The notes beneath the pieces are model-generated. The model was not told where the DNA came from and made no database searches. It was given only the letters and a program-made list of their open reading frames with translations. Position numbers and translations under genes: made by a program. From Prorocentrum cordatum (Eukaryota), in the NCBI GenBank assembly GCA_963575745.1, contig CAUYUJ010000026.1, positions 434,001-498,000 of the forward strand: 64,000 nt of DNA, given 5' to 3'. Below, one piece after another: positions 27,081 to 39,910 of the stretch; the stretch's first letter is position 1, and each line of letters begins with the position of its first letter.

Positions 27081-27219
27081 TCTGGGACCTTCGGCATCCA
27101 GCGGACGCGGAGGTCCGGCCCCTGGTGGCGGCGCGCTGGGGCCACAGCCCCTCACATGTTGATGTGCCTGAAGCCCACGGAAGTGCCCACGAACAAATAC
27201 GAATGAAAGAACGAATCCT

Positions 27220-28234
27220 CTAATAATTGGCGTGGTCACAGAATCCTTGTTCCAAGCCCTCCCAGAAATCTGAATCCTTCGCGGTGTCCAACCAACTCGT
27301 TGCATCCACGTTGTGGCCAGCATCCTTGAGGTACTGGACAATGTCATATGCCCACCTCTTCTTCGGTCGGTGTTGCCGACGTCCGCGCGCCTGGGGGTCG
27401 TCTGCAGCGTGCCAAAGAAAAGACTTCAGCGCCCACCTGTCAGCCGGTATCGATGCCACTCGTGCCGCGAATCGCCAAACTTTGCGTCTCCAGGACACGC
27501 AACAGTTTTCAATGTGTAGCTTGTTCAAATGGTTATCCACGATCTCTGTTGCACGCCTTATCCAGTCCACCCAATTTTCGACGGTGTCTGAATCAAACGT
27601 TTGTCCTGCTCCGCTGTCGGCCGTAGACGACGGCGACGAAGAAGTTGTACATTCAGATTCTGGCTCTGCCGGTTGTCTCGCGTGTTTCCTGCCGATCCCT
27701 GATCCCAAACAGCATCCAGAGCATCCAGCATTGAGTGTTTTGTAATCTGTTTTGCGAGGCAGCCGACAGTGTCCAGCTAGAGGCACCGTACAGAACAGTA
27801 GGGGTAACAATGCTCTCAAATAGGCGAAGCCTGCATTTTAAAGAAGACGTCTTGTTCGTCAGCTCGCTTTTGTCCGTATAAACTTGATTCAAAAGTGCAA
27901 CTTGTTTTCCAAGATACTTCACAGCAACATTAGGCGGCACGATCTCAATCTGCATATAGTCCACTGTAGAGTGTGTTCTGCTCCCCCTCCCTGTGCCTTT
28001 CGTCGCACTGGTTATGATATTCGTCTTATCTGGGTGCAACTGTAAACCCACTGCGGCTGCTTCAACTCTCACGTCAGATGTCATTCGAACAACTTGCTGC
28101 CATCTTTGCCCGACAAGGAAAACGTCGTCCGCGAATATCATGCTTGTCAACCGGCTCAGCTCTGTGTATCCGAATTGTAATCCGTATTTTCTCTTGTGCC
28201 ACTTCTCCTTGACTGTCGGGAAAATGTTCTCCAG
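27220..28234 (-). mobile_element. 5'-truncated, frameshifted non-LTR retrotransposon (LINE, RTE-like) RT C-terminal fragment
   Basis: IFADDVFL, GLQLHPDKT, KYLG, RLRLFESIVTPTVLYGASSWTL; a second frame has WVDWIRRAT...WRFAARV...RPKKRWAYDI. Confidence 0.88.
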
Positions 28235-28409
28235 GAGGGGATGGGGGTCTGGAGAATGTCCTCCTTGACTGTCCGGAAAATCTCTCCTTGACTGGGGGTG
28301 GGTGGGGAGGCACGGAAAAGGGGGCGGAGGGCCCCCGCGCAGGTCTCAAGGCTGACGCAGCAAGTCTGATCATGCCAAGTCAAGTTCGCCCAAATATGGC
28401 CAGTCTCAA

Positions 28410-28634
28410 GCAGTGGCGAAGCGTCTTGGCTCGCCTAAAGGCCTATCAAACAAAGTTCTAAGAACCTTTTGTGGTTTCCACGAAATGTTCTTAGAACATT
28501 TCTGGCTAGGACTGTCTTGTTTAAACACATCGGACTTACGTTTTATGAACATTGTTTTTGTTCTTATACCTTTTCCGGATTCTAAGAACGTTTCGTAGTA
28601 GGCCTATAGAAATGCTGGGACGGTCGGCCCCTGC
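28410..28634. mobile_element. MITE GCAGTGGCGAAGCGTC...GACGGTCGGCCCCTGC
   Basis: Imperfect TIRs, TCAA 4-bp TSD; relatives at ~19169-19325 and 46591-47170. Confidence 0.75.
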
Positions 28635-29349
28635 TCAACAGATCGATCAGCCAACAAATTGGGAGCAGCTCGTCCCAGCACTTGCGTGCGTTACTTGCTT
28701 GCTTGTCTGCTAGTCTGGGCCGGTGCCCAGATGTCTTGCTGTTCTTCGCGGAGCAAGGCCCTGGGCAAGAGGCTGGAACTTACCCCCCTCCCCGAAGCCC
28801 GAGTTTTTCCACCACCGCGAAGACTGCCCTGCGGCGAGGCGAGGGGAGAAGGCGAGACGATGCAGGGGGAGGAGGAGATTGGGGGGGGGCGAGGGGGAAC
28901 GCGGCAGGCGCAAGTCTCGCGCCCGCGTCTGCGGTCCGACCGTATTCATCGCACGCTCCGCGACGCTGCTGCTGCTCCGCTTGCCAGGCGGGCGCCCCGT
29001 GCCGCGGCGAGCCTCCCGTCGCGTCGGCCACGCGCAGGGAGTGGCCCTCTGCCAGGGTGGCCTCTGGTGCGCAGCTCTCGGCGCAGACCCCCTCCGGACT
29101 GTCTCAGTCTCCCACGCGTTGCGGGGCAAGTGTCGCACGCACACGCGCGCACACACACACGCACACCTTGCAGATCTGACCGTGGAGGAAGGGGAGGGTG
29201 AGCAGGAGGAGGATCGAGGGATCCAGGGATTTTGTTGCAGCGGGTCGTTGGATTTCTTTGCAGCGGATTCAAAGTACGGGGAGGGAGAAAGTGAGCGTTA
29301 TGTAGGAGGAGGAGGAGGAGGAGGAGGAGGAGGAGGAGGAGGAGATGAG

Positions 29350-29457
29350 GAGGCGGATCTTGCGGACTGCCGGGGGGCGAGGACGTACGTGCAGACCGAG
29401 CTGTGGTCCCGCTTCGTGATGACCCCCGAGCAGTTCGGAGGCCCGGGCGATTACGAG
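29350..29457 (+). CDS. Candidate exon of an unidentified + strand gene
   Basis: AG|G...GAG|GT boundaries, 36 codons, EADLADCRGARTYVQTELWSRFVMTPEQFGGPGDYE. Confidence 0.45.
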
Positions 29458-31413
29458 GTCCGGGTGGCGCCGACCGGTGCAAGGGGCTGGCCTGTGGTGA
29501 GGTAGGCCCCGTTACAAGCGGATCAAGGTCGCGGTCGGGTGATCGGTCGGGGGTGCAGAGTGGGTGCCAGGGGCCGTGGTCTTGCAGTCCTCGATGGGCA
29601 TTGCGAGTGCGTGGCAGGCTCGAACTCTCTAGCTCGGCGGCTTTAGCGCAAGCTGCGCCCTTACATGTCCATGTGAGCGACGGAAGAAAACGTTATCGAT
29701 TACGCGGGCAATCGCGGGTAAGTTTCCCGCGTAAGGTCAGGCGTAGGCGCCCTCTTCTTCACGCAGTTTTCCACGCTGGCGGCCTGCTTCAGCCGCGGCG
29801 TAAGGTCGCAATGTCCTCTCGCGTTTGAGTTTTGTCTTTGGGTTGTGTGGGCCATTTTGCGCGCCCGGACGGCCGCAGGCCGCAGGATCGGTGGACCCCG
29901 CTGCCTTGGGCTCTTCTGTCCGCCATGGGGTGGAGGGGGCATGGCCCGCGAGCCGTCCTCCGCGACGCCTGCCATTCCCAGATCTCCGACGGTGTGGTTG
30001 TCCAACCTGGGTGCCTTTCTTCGACTTCGTCGGCCTCCAGTGGCCGCCTCCGGACCCCGGGGCCAGCATCAGAGACAGATCCTCGGGGAAAAGCTGGGCC
30101 TTGGGAAGGGGCTGGGACCCTCGAGGCCGCGGATGTCGGGATCCGATGCGGCAGGATGAGGGGAGGGAAGGGGGAAGCCGACTGCCGCTGGACCGAGGGT
30201 TGAGAGCAACCATGTAGCTTTGGAGGGGCACCCTTCGGATCTTCGCCCTTGGGCGCTCTACCTTGGAGCGGCTCTCGAGCTGCGTGCCTCCATGGGGCCT
30301 TTGGCGCTCGGCGAAGGGGCCCGTGCTCTTGACTCTTGAGGTCCGCGTCCTTGTGACCTTGTCTCGACCCTGCGCGCAAGAGGGACCTTGCCGGAGCGAC
30401 CCTTTGGTGCGGGCTCGCAGGGGTCCTCCCGGCACTTGGCTGGCGCGCTGGCACCTGGCCCGCCCGCGGCCCCCTGAGGCTGCGCACCAGAGGTCACCCT
30501 TGCCTGGGGTCACTCCTGCGTGTGGCCGAGGAAGCAAGGGAGGGAGGAGGAGGGAGGAGGAGGAGGAGCAGGAGGAGGAGCAGGGGTAGGCAGGGACACC
30601 GTTTTGCTCAACGCAGACCTCCTGAGATCTCGGCCCCTCATCTCGGACCCGCTTCTCACCCCGAGCCGCCTCTGGCAGCCCCAGGGCCTGGCAGACGCCC
30701 CCAGATGCCCCACGATGGCTAAGAGCCTCCCGTCGGGTGTCTTGTTCGACGCGAGGGGGCGAGGGCGAGGGTGGATGGGGAGCACGTGCGACAGGAGTCG
30801 ATGCTCTCCCTCGCAGGCGGGACTCGCGCGGCCCAGAGATGCCCTGGCGGGCCCAGCCGCTCAGGACGAGCAGCCCCTCGGGCCCCTCATCCCCCCCCCC
30901 CCAACAACACCTCTGCGGTCATCCCTCTGGGAACGAGCGACGAGGAACTGAGCAGCAGGACGAGCGACGATGAACTGAGGAGTTTTCGGGGACCCTGAGA
31001 TCCGACGTTGCGGAACATTGGAGCACTGCATCAAATCGCGGCCGTAGCCCTGAAGCTTAGATCTTTGCTGAACTTTCCGGCCGGATCGTTCTGTGATGGC
31101 CCCACTGCCCGAAACAGTGCAGGTTGCAGATGATGCTCGGGGATGCACCCTGGAGGTCCTGGAGGTTTCATGGGTGCTTCCCCCTCCTCCCCCGCCTGCG
31201 CTTACACCCCCTCGTCCTGCGTTTGGGGAGTGGGGGGGGAGGAGTAGAAGGCTCGCAGATCCACCGGGGATGTGCGCTCAACGCCCTCCCGACTTTAAGT
31301 TCAATGCGATTCGATTCGCAGTGCCAGCTGACGATGTGTGGGGCTTGTCGGAGGGCGCGCTTTGTAGTTAAATGAGAAAATTACACCCCCTCGTCCTCTC
31401 ATCGCCCTTGTTT

Positions 31414-31584
31414 TCGGAGGCGGATAGGCCTCCTACCCTGACACGTCGATTGAGGAATTGGCCGTTTTCGGTTCGCGAGAGAGCGTCGCGGCCGCCATTC
31501 TTGCGGGTCCAGGTCCGTCGGTTTCGGTCCCAGGCCATTTTCACGAAGGGAAGGTTTATTAAAGGGAGGTTTGTCCGCCGCCGA
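31414..31584. mobile_element. 171-bp MITE, copy 2
   Basis: TIRs; TSD TGTTT/TGTCT. Confidence 0.8.
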
Positions 31585-31727
31585 TGTCTGCCCCTCGCCC
31601 CTCTGGGGCCTCTCCTCGCCACTCCTCCACCCCCTCTGCCACTCCTGCCCTCTGCCGCTCTCAGCAGTCGGCCTCCCCGCTCCCTGCAATGGCAGATCCC
31701 GGCAGCATGCATCCTCTGCTTCTAATT

Positions 31728-31885
31728 TCAAGTCGGGCCTGTCCCTCTACAGGGGGAATATTCAAAATAGTCAAACAAATAGTTTGGGGACTATTTCGGG
31801 GGTATTTTTGTGCATCTTTGGGTTTTTTTTGAGTATTTGTAATTTTTCGTCCAAAACCCTGTAGAGGGGGACAGGCCCGACCTAC
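31728..31885. mobile_element. hAT-like MITE family 1, copy 3
   Basis: Same TIRs; TSD TTCTAATT/TTCCAATT. Confidence 0.85.
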
Positions 31886-32844
31886 TTCCAATTCCACTGG
31901 TAGCGTACGTGTCACCGTCAGTTCGCCCCTCGCTGAGCAAGGGCGGTCGTGCCAGTCACACTCTGTGCTGTGCTGCCAGATCGGCGGCCAACGCGGAGAT
32001 GTAGGTAGCAGGCGCCGAGGCAGACGCTGCAGGCGCATGTCCCCAGCATGGGGGAAGCGTTTATAGCTATCAACATGTGCAATAGCCGCGGCCCGAGATG
32101 CCTGGTTCTGGGAGGCTGTGGAGAATCTCGGAGCCTTTTGGGGGCGTCTTGGGCCGTCTTGGGGCGCTCGTGCTGCGTGTGGCCCATTCGGAGGCCGTCC
32201 TGGGGGCCCCTCGCTGCCGTTTTGGGGTTTTCTTGGGGTCCTGTTGAGTTGGGCCGTCTCAGGGGTCGCTTGGGCCGTCGTGGAGAGAGTCGACAAAGGC
32301 GAGAACGCTAAGTAAGGTTCTTCACAACCGGAATATCGATAGTTTTGGCCTCCGGAGGCGCTCTTGGAGGTCCTCTTAAGGCCGTCTTGGGCCGTCTTGG
32401 ATGTTTTTGTTTTGTCCTCTTGGGACCATATTGGACCGTCTTGGGGCCGTCATCGCTTGTATTGAGGCCATCTTGAGCCGTCTTCACGGCCTTTCAGACT
32501 CGCAACAGGCCCAGGAGGCCCAAATCATTGATTTTCATTCCCCACATCCAAAGTGGGGTTCTTGTTTTCTCTGGAAACTCCGCGCAGGAACCTCCTCACC
32601 TCACCCCCTCTCCTCTTCTGTCTTCGTGCGCTCACTCACTCACTCACTAGCTCACTCACTCACTCACTTACTCACTCACTCACTAACTCACTGACTCATC
32701 AGCACTTACTCACTCACACGTTCATGAACTCACATATGATGATGATGAGTGTGCGCATGAGAGAGTGTGATGATCATCATCATCACCAGTCAGTCAGTCA
32801 GTCACTCACTCGCTCACTCGCCTTGGGCCTCGTCTGTGAGTAAA

Positions 32845-33290
32845 TTGTGAGGAAGTCTCAAGCGTGAGCCCCCTCCCTATGGGGCCCGCGGATCATGTTA
32901 TTAATCCGAGCGGGTCAGCAAATTCTATAACTGTCGCCACTTGGCTCTCGCGCTGCCAGAACGCCATTCCTAGGCCACATTTGTGAGTGAGTTGCGAGGA
33001 AGTCTCAAGCGGGAGCCCCCTCCCTATGGGGCCCGCGGATCATGTTACTAATCCGCGCGGGTCGTCCAATTCCTATAACTGTCGCCACTTTTGGGCTCTC
33101 GCGCTGCCAGAACGCCATTCCCAGGCCACATGTTGAATGCCCGGAGCCAACTGTAGGCCACTTCGTGTTCTTCGCGCTCCCAGGACATTATTCCCGGGCC
33201 ACATTTTGAATGCCCGGAGCCAACTGTAGGCCTTTTCGTGTTCTTCGTGTTTCCAGAACACCACTCCCGGGCTACTTTTTGAATGTCCGG
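32845..33290. repeat. Local tandem duplications (~150-bp and ~75-bp units)
   Basis: GAGGAAGTCTCAAGCG...CCCTATGGGGCCCGCGGATCATG occurs twice; GAATG(C/T)CCGGAGCCAA occurs three times. Confidence 0.8.
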
Positions 33291-35005
33291 AGCCAAAACA
33301 GGAGGGCGAGGCCGGGGGCAACGTAGGGAGCGGGGGGAGGGCCCGCGCCAGGGCGAGAAGAAATATACGCAGAAGAGACAGCCAGGACACCTCACCAACC
33401 ACGAGGACTGAGGGTTTTTCTTTCCATATTCGCCTAGGGGATTCTCATGTGGGGTCCTTCCGTCGGAGTAATGTTTTTTGTTTTACTTGTATTGGCCCAG
33501 AAGAGGTCCGCCATTCTTGGGTCGGTGGATGTGGGGTGGCCTCGGGGGGGGTGAAGGGGGGAGAGTAGCACAATACGATATGTAGCAATTATGCAATCAG
33601 TGGATACATTGCATACGTTGCATGTTGGTGGCGTGTCAGAAATGTTGTAGCCTGGCGCTCTTGAAAGAGCGGCGGATTTGGCAGCGCTCCCGCGCATTTC
33701 TACGAAGGCAGCATATCCAGATTCTCTTGAGCACGCGCAGTAAAGTCTTTGTCGGGCCTACTGGGGTATCTTGGGCGCCTTTGAGGCCCTCTTTGGGGTT
33801 TCTTTGGGGGTTCTTGGGGCTTCTTGAGCGCCTTTTGGGCTATCTCGGGGCGCTCTTGCGCCGTCTGGCCTCTGCGGAGGCCGTCTTGGTGGGCTCTCGG
33901 GGGGCCTTTGGGGCCGTCTTGGGGGCCTTTTGCGGTAATATTTGGGCCTTCGTGGGCCGTGCGGAGGCCCTCTTTGGAGCGTCGTGGGCCGTTTGGGGGC
34001 CACCTTGGAAGCGGCTTGGGCCCCCCCGAGAGCGCAAAAGGCGCGAGCGCGAAAAATCAACAGAAACAAATGCAAAAATCAATATGGTTGCCTCCGGAGG
34101 CGCTCTTGAGCGTCCTTTTGGAGCCCCCTTGGGCCATCATGGGGCTTCTAAGGTCTAAGGCCCTCCTGAGGCCATCTTGGGCCGTCTTGGGGCCGTCTTG
34201 AGCCGTGTTGAGAGCATCTTGAGCCGTCTTGAGACCAGCTTGGCCCCTCAGGAGGCTCAAGATGCCGAAATCATAGATTCCTTACAGGTTTTGGACAGTT
34301 TTTGCATCGAGGACGCCGGCGGCGCATCACCGGCCGCTCCCTGGGAGTTTGCCGAAGTGGTGCGCAGCATCGACAGTCGTGACGCGGCGCGTTTGCCAGC
34401 TATCAAATGGCCGTCGGCCCATCACGCGACCGTGCTTGGTTTTTGGGTCGGAGTCCTCATGGCGTAGGAAATGAAACGATTTTTGCTTCTGGAGGGCCTC
34501 TTTGGGGCGCCTTGCAATATTGTTTCAAACGTCTTGGGGACTCGTGGAGCCGTGTGGAGGCAATCTTCGGCGTTTTGGGGCGATCCGTCCATTCGTAGCT
34601 CTTTTGGACCGTTCCGGGAACCTTTTGGGACCTTTTTGGCTCGTTCTGGGGCCTCCTGAGGCTCCAAGTGTGCGGATGATGGATTTGCCCCTCCCCCCCC
34701 TCCCACCCCCTTCCAAACCAGCCGGACCAGGCCCCGGGGGAGGGGTTTGGGGAGGGGGAGGCATCTCACACGCTGTGACCCCAAGGGGTCGGCGGATTTT
34801 GTGTTTGGGGTATACTTGAATCGAAGAGGAGATGAGCATACATCGCGGAAATCGCGCTTCTCTCTGTCTCTCTCAGTCTTGGCCCTTCACGAGCTTATCG
34901 CCATCATTAACTCCTCCCCGTCCTCCTCTTCATCCTCATCATCCCCCCTACAGTCGACCATCGCCATATCCACAGCGATGCACGAAGAACGAAGGGGCAG
35001 GGAAG

Positions 35006-35086
35006 GTCCAGTGCGAGCTGACGGACGGATCGTTCGAGGCTTCCCTTCAGTTCCAGGTCACGATCGAAGACGTGGGACCACCCGAG
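35006..35086 (+). CDS. Candidate exon, Ig/cadherin-like beta strands
   Basis: AAG|GTC...GAG|GT boundaries, VQCELTDGSFEASLQFQVTIEDVGPPE; joins in phase to 29350-29457. Confidence 0.45.
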
Positions 35087-35585
35087 GTCGGCGCTGGGGC
35101 AATTCCCCTCATCGTCCTCGGCATCCACTCCTTCTCCGCCTGCTCATCGGACTTCTGGTCCTTCTTCTCGTTCTCTTCCCTTATCATTATGCGGCAGCCT
35201 GCAAGTCGTACTAAGCCGCTGTGACTGGCAGTCACCGCCCGGGCACACCTCGCCAGAAGGAGGCCCTCTCCTCCGACGCACCCCTTGTTTTGTGACCGCG
35301 TGCTCGAACCCCCCCCCGAGTGCTCGAACCACTCCCCGGGGCCCAGCTGTTCGTCCTGAGCCGTTCTGTTGGCGGCCCCGGGGCGGGAAAGCGGCATCCC
35401 CAGCTGCCGCAGGCACACAGGAAACCAGCCGCTGCGATTTTTGCTTTGCGTCGCCAGGACCTCCTGGGAGGGATGGACGGTGGGACGCCTCCTGAACCGG
35501 AGCACGCGAGACCCGCACCCTCCCTTCAGATCCGACGCCACGGGCAAGCTGCAACATCGTAGAACAATTCCACCCGAGCCCCAGA

Positions 35586-36908
35586 CCGAGTCGTTTTTTG
35601 ACGGGCCCGAGGGCCGGGAAGGGCCCCCAGGGGCTGAACATAGCGAAAAACTTCCCGTCGTGTTTTTTTCACGACTCGAGGGGGTCTGGGGAGGAGGCGG
35701 AGCGCGCGGACCGGGAGCGGAGCACGCTCTCAGAGCATGACATCCTTCTGCACGTGTGCCGAGCGGCCGAGGCCTGCTCTGCACTGCTTGCTGCTGCTGC
35801 GCCTCCTCCTGCTCGTCCTCTCCCCCTGCTGCCTTCTCCCCTCTTGCCTTATGTTGCTCCCATCTTACTTAAGGAACACAGCATATCCCAGAAACAGTTT
35901 CGAGCACCTGGAAAAGTGTCGAAAGAGTGCCGAAACAGCGTCATGACTTTTTCACGACTCGAGGGGGGTCTGGTGCCCTGGGCCCCACCGTGCTGCGGCA
36001 GCTGCCCGCGCCCGGCCAGTCCGTTGAGGGCCCCAGGGCGCGAGGCCGGGCAGCGCCGCCCTCTGCGACGCACAAGAGCACGGCGCCGGGGCCTCGGGCG
36101 CGCGACCCGCGGCGGCCGGGCGCGCTCCGACGCGTGCCCGCCTTCTCCTCCTCCTCCTCCTCCTCCTCCTCCTCCTCCTCCTCCTTGCTCTTACGCTGGT
36201 CTCCTCCTCCCCTTGCCTCTGCCGCTGCGTGCCCCCCTCCCGCTCCCTCTCCCTCGGTTGCCTCGATTGACAGTGCGGCTCTCCGCTCTTGTGCGTCCCA
36301 CCACGCTTCCCCCCTGCCATCTGAACACCTCCTTCAGCTCGTCGGGTTGTCTGCCGCCGCGGCCGCTGCTCGTGCATCCTCCGTTGTCGCTGCTGACACT
36401 GCCAGCAAGCAAGCAGCAAGCGGGGTCTCTAGCCGTTGTTGGTGACGACGTTGCCCCCTCTACTCCTCCTCCTCGCTCTCCTCATCCTCCTCCTTCTCCT
36501 CCTCCTCATCGACGCGTCCACGCGGCGGGCCCCAGCCCGCACATGGATGTCCACGTCTCCGCTGTGCACGCCGTGCTCCAGCATTTTTTTAACGAGCGCA
36601 ACAATAAACATCGAACCAACAAAAAAAATAGCTCGAGAAGTCGCCGAGTGGCTCGGCAAGGCGAGAGGGGAGAAGGCAGCAGGGGGGAAAGGACGAGCGG
36701 GAGGAGGCGCCGCAGCAGCAAGCAGTGCAGGGCAGGTCCAGCCACACGTGCAGAAGGATATGTCATGCTCTGAGAGCGTGCTCCTCTCCCGGTCCGCGCG
36801 CTCCGCCTCCCCCTTCGAGTCGTGAACAAATCACGACTGGAGGTTTTTCGTTTTCTTCAGACCTTGGGGACCCTTACTGGCCCTCGGGCCCGTCAAAAAA
36901 TGACTCGG
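35586..36908. mobile_element. 1.3-kb foldback element with ~260-bp inverted arms
   Basis: 35586-35850 is the diverged reverse complement of ~36657-36908. Confidence 0.7.
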
Positions 36909-37520
36909 GATAAAAAACGGGTTCCGGTGAACGGGTCCGGACCCCTGGGGGTCGCGTCATGAAGAAATCATGACGTCGGGGGTTTGGGCCCCTCGCTTGC
37001 TGTAGCCAACTTCGGGCACCGCAGCGTCCCTCGACTGCCTCTGAGCGCGGTGGGGACTCTCGCCGCTGCGACAAGAAAGGTCCCAGCCAGAGCCTGGCCC
37101 ATCTCCGCCAGCAGCGCGACCTGGCGACGACTCGGGCCTCGAAGATCCAGGACGGAGGTTCGACGACGACGACCTCCCGGAGCCTTGGAGGCGTTTTTGG
37201 CGGTCCTCGCCGCCACACCTGGTCGCATCTCCAACAAACCCACCGGCCAGGATGGACGCCAGACCCATTTTGAGGAGGCTGTTGAAGGGCCTTGGGACAC
37301 ACAAGTAAATACACACCGATAACAGGATTCCCAATCGTTTCCCATATGTTCTGGATTTTTCTCCCCCCACACTTCCCATATTTCCTTATTTTTCCGCGGG
37401 AATCGACGATGAATTGTGTCTGTGTGTTCTTTTCCCTCCTGAGCTGTGCACGCTCGAGCTGCGTCCCCGCCCGCGGGGCCCGCGGGTCGGCGGTGCCCCG
37501 CGGCGGCGGGTCGCCCCGCC

Positions 37521-37616
37521 ATGCCGACGGTGCTGGTGGAGGCCAGCGGCCCCGGCGCGCCCAGGCGCCTGCAGCTGCGACACGTGGACCCGCGGAGCTC
37601 CGTGGGCGAGCTGAAG
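37521..37616 (+). CDS. UBL-HEAT gene exon 1 (start of the ubiquitin-like domain)
   Basis: GCC-ATG start; ends VGELK at AAG|GC. Confidence 0.7.
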
Positions 37617-39757
37617 GCCTCGAAGATTCAGTCGGACCTGTCCCTCTACATCCGGAATATTCGAGAAGAGTCCATAAATGGTACGGGGGCCATCGTCTGC
37701 ATATGTTTTTGCATCTTTTGAGTATTTGTTGGATCTATTTCCCTACCTAGGCTCTGCCTAGAGGGTTCTCACTCTCTTAGCTTAAAGGGGCCGGGCAGTG
37801 GAACGCGCCCCGGGCGGTTCCCCTAGTCCCCGCCCCGCGGTTCCCCCAGTCCCCTGGGAGCTTTAGCTTTAGCTTTTAGCTTTTAGCTTTAGCTTTAGCT
37901 TTAGCTTTAGCTTAGCTTTAGCTTTGCTTTAGCTTTGCTTTAGCTTAGCTTTAGTTTAGCTTCAGCTTAGCTTTAGCTTAGCTTTAGTTTAGCTTCAGCT
38001 TAGCTTTAGCTTCAGCTTAACTTTAGTTTAGCTTTATCTTAGATTTAGCTAGCTTTAGCTTAGCTTTAGTTTAGCGTTGGCTTAGCTTTAGCTTAGCTTC
38101 AGCTTAGCGTTAGCTTAGCGTTAGCTTAGCTTTAGCTTAGCTTTAGCTTAGTTTTAGCTTTAGATTTAGCTTAAGCTTATGTTTAGCTTAGCTGTAGCTT
38201 ATATCTAGCTTAGCGTTAGCTTAGCTTTAGCTTAGCTTTAGCGTAGCTGTAGCTTAAATTTAGCTTAGATTTAGCTTAGCTTTAGCTTAGCTTTAGCTTA
38301 GCTTTAGCTTAGCTGTAGCTTAGCTGCAGCTTAGCTTTAGCTTAGCTTTACTGTTACTACTAATGCTGCTTTCCTAGGGGCTCCAACTCCTAGGTAGGGT
38401 CGCACTGGGATAATTGAGTTTTTATCAAAAATCCCCCTGTAGGGGGACAGGCCCGACCTAACTCGAATAAGAGAAAGCCGTGGGAACAGACGAGCCAAGC
38501 ACCTTTCGGATAGCTATGCAGTCGAGATTACTGCGCAGGTCGCCCCTGCCAAGTCAAAAGGCACCTTGTGTCCCGTGTTTCGCGGCCCGTGCCATCTGCG
38601 TAACATTTCTGTGGCAGTATAGCCCTCGGAAGAGACTTGTGCCCTCTCGCTTGTCCTCTCCAATCGACCCCCACTGTAGGGTGTCGCGCCGTTGGTCTTG
38701 GTCCACCACGCTTTGGAGCGACACGCCTTTCTGAGCCTCCCGTCCCGCGGAGCGGAGCGACACCCCAGCTGGTCGCGAGGCACAGCGTGTCGCCGGGGCT
38801 GCCGGGGCGGCACGCTGTTCACACGTTCCCGACCACAGACTTCCCGAGTTCCGCGCAGTTTTTTGTTTTTCGGGGTCGGCGCCAGGGGCGCCGCTTCTCG
38901 CCGATCCAAGAAATCCGCGTGGAGCTCAGTCGATGATTCCGGGGACGTCTGTTAGCCCAATGTGTGTGTGTGTGACCCCGTTCAGCCCAGCTTGTCGATC
39001 ATCACATCGCTTTCGTCGTACTGCAGGGCCCCAGTGGGCAAGCACACGTTGGCGCTAACACACGCTCTGAGGATCATCGGCTCAGACAATGTATGTGTAT
39101 GCTGGTGGTCCTTCCTCTAAGGCCCGCGTCGCCTGGCACTGGGAGGCGCCACGGGGGGCGCGTGGAACGGACCGGCGCCGCCGGTCCTCCTCTGGCCCAG
39201 ACAGCCCCTTGAAGTGGAACGAAATCGGCTGCAGGTTTTGCCCGGCGTTCTTCCTCCCAGGGCCCCCAACATCGGGGGCGGCAAAGAGGGGGATGATGAC
39301 TAGGGGGGGTGGATCTCATGGCGTGGGCCATGATATCTCCCCAGGTTTCATGGCGCCTCTTCTTATTTCATTACGTCCCTGGCCCCCCCGCTGGGCCGCG
39401 CACATGCCGCCGGTCATGATTTGCACCCCCCCCCCTCTTGGACACACCCCTCTTGGCCGCTCCCGACAACAGTCCCCGAGGCCGTCAACGAACGCCTCAG
39501 GACGAATAACCAGTCCTGGGGAAGGAGTCCAGACCTCTGGGGGTCCGCGCTGAAGAGCCGCGACGTCGGAGATCTCGCCTGTGAGATGATGCCGTGGTCA
39601 CCCGACAGACTGGACCCGACCTAACCGCCGCCCCCGTGGGACCTGGTCGGCCGCAACCAGAGCGTTGAACGTTGGCAGGCACATGCGCACACACAAACAC
39701 ACACACAAAAACAAACACACACACACACAAACACACACACACATACACACGCACACA

Positions 39758-39793
<36 letters not shown>

Positions 39794-39870
39794 CGTACGC
39801 ACGCACGCACGCACGCACGCACGCACGTACGCACGCACGCACGCACGCACGCACGCACACGCACGCACGC

Positions 39871-39910
<40 letters not shown>

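Noticed and set aside
37858..38350. True telomere
   Set aside because: The unit is TTAGC/TTTAGC rather than TTTAGGG, and the array is internal, within an intron.
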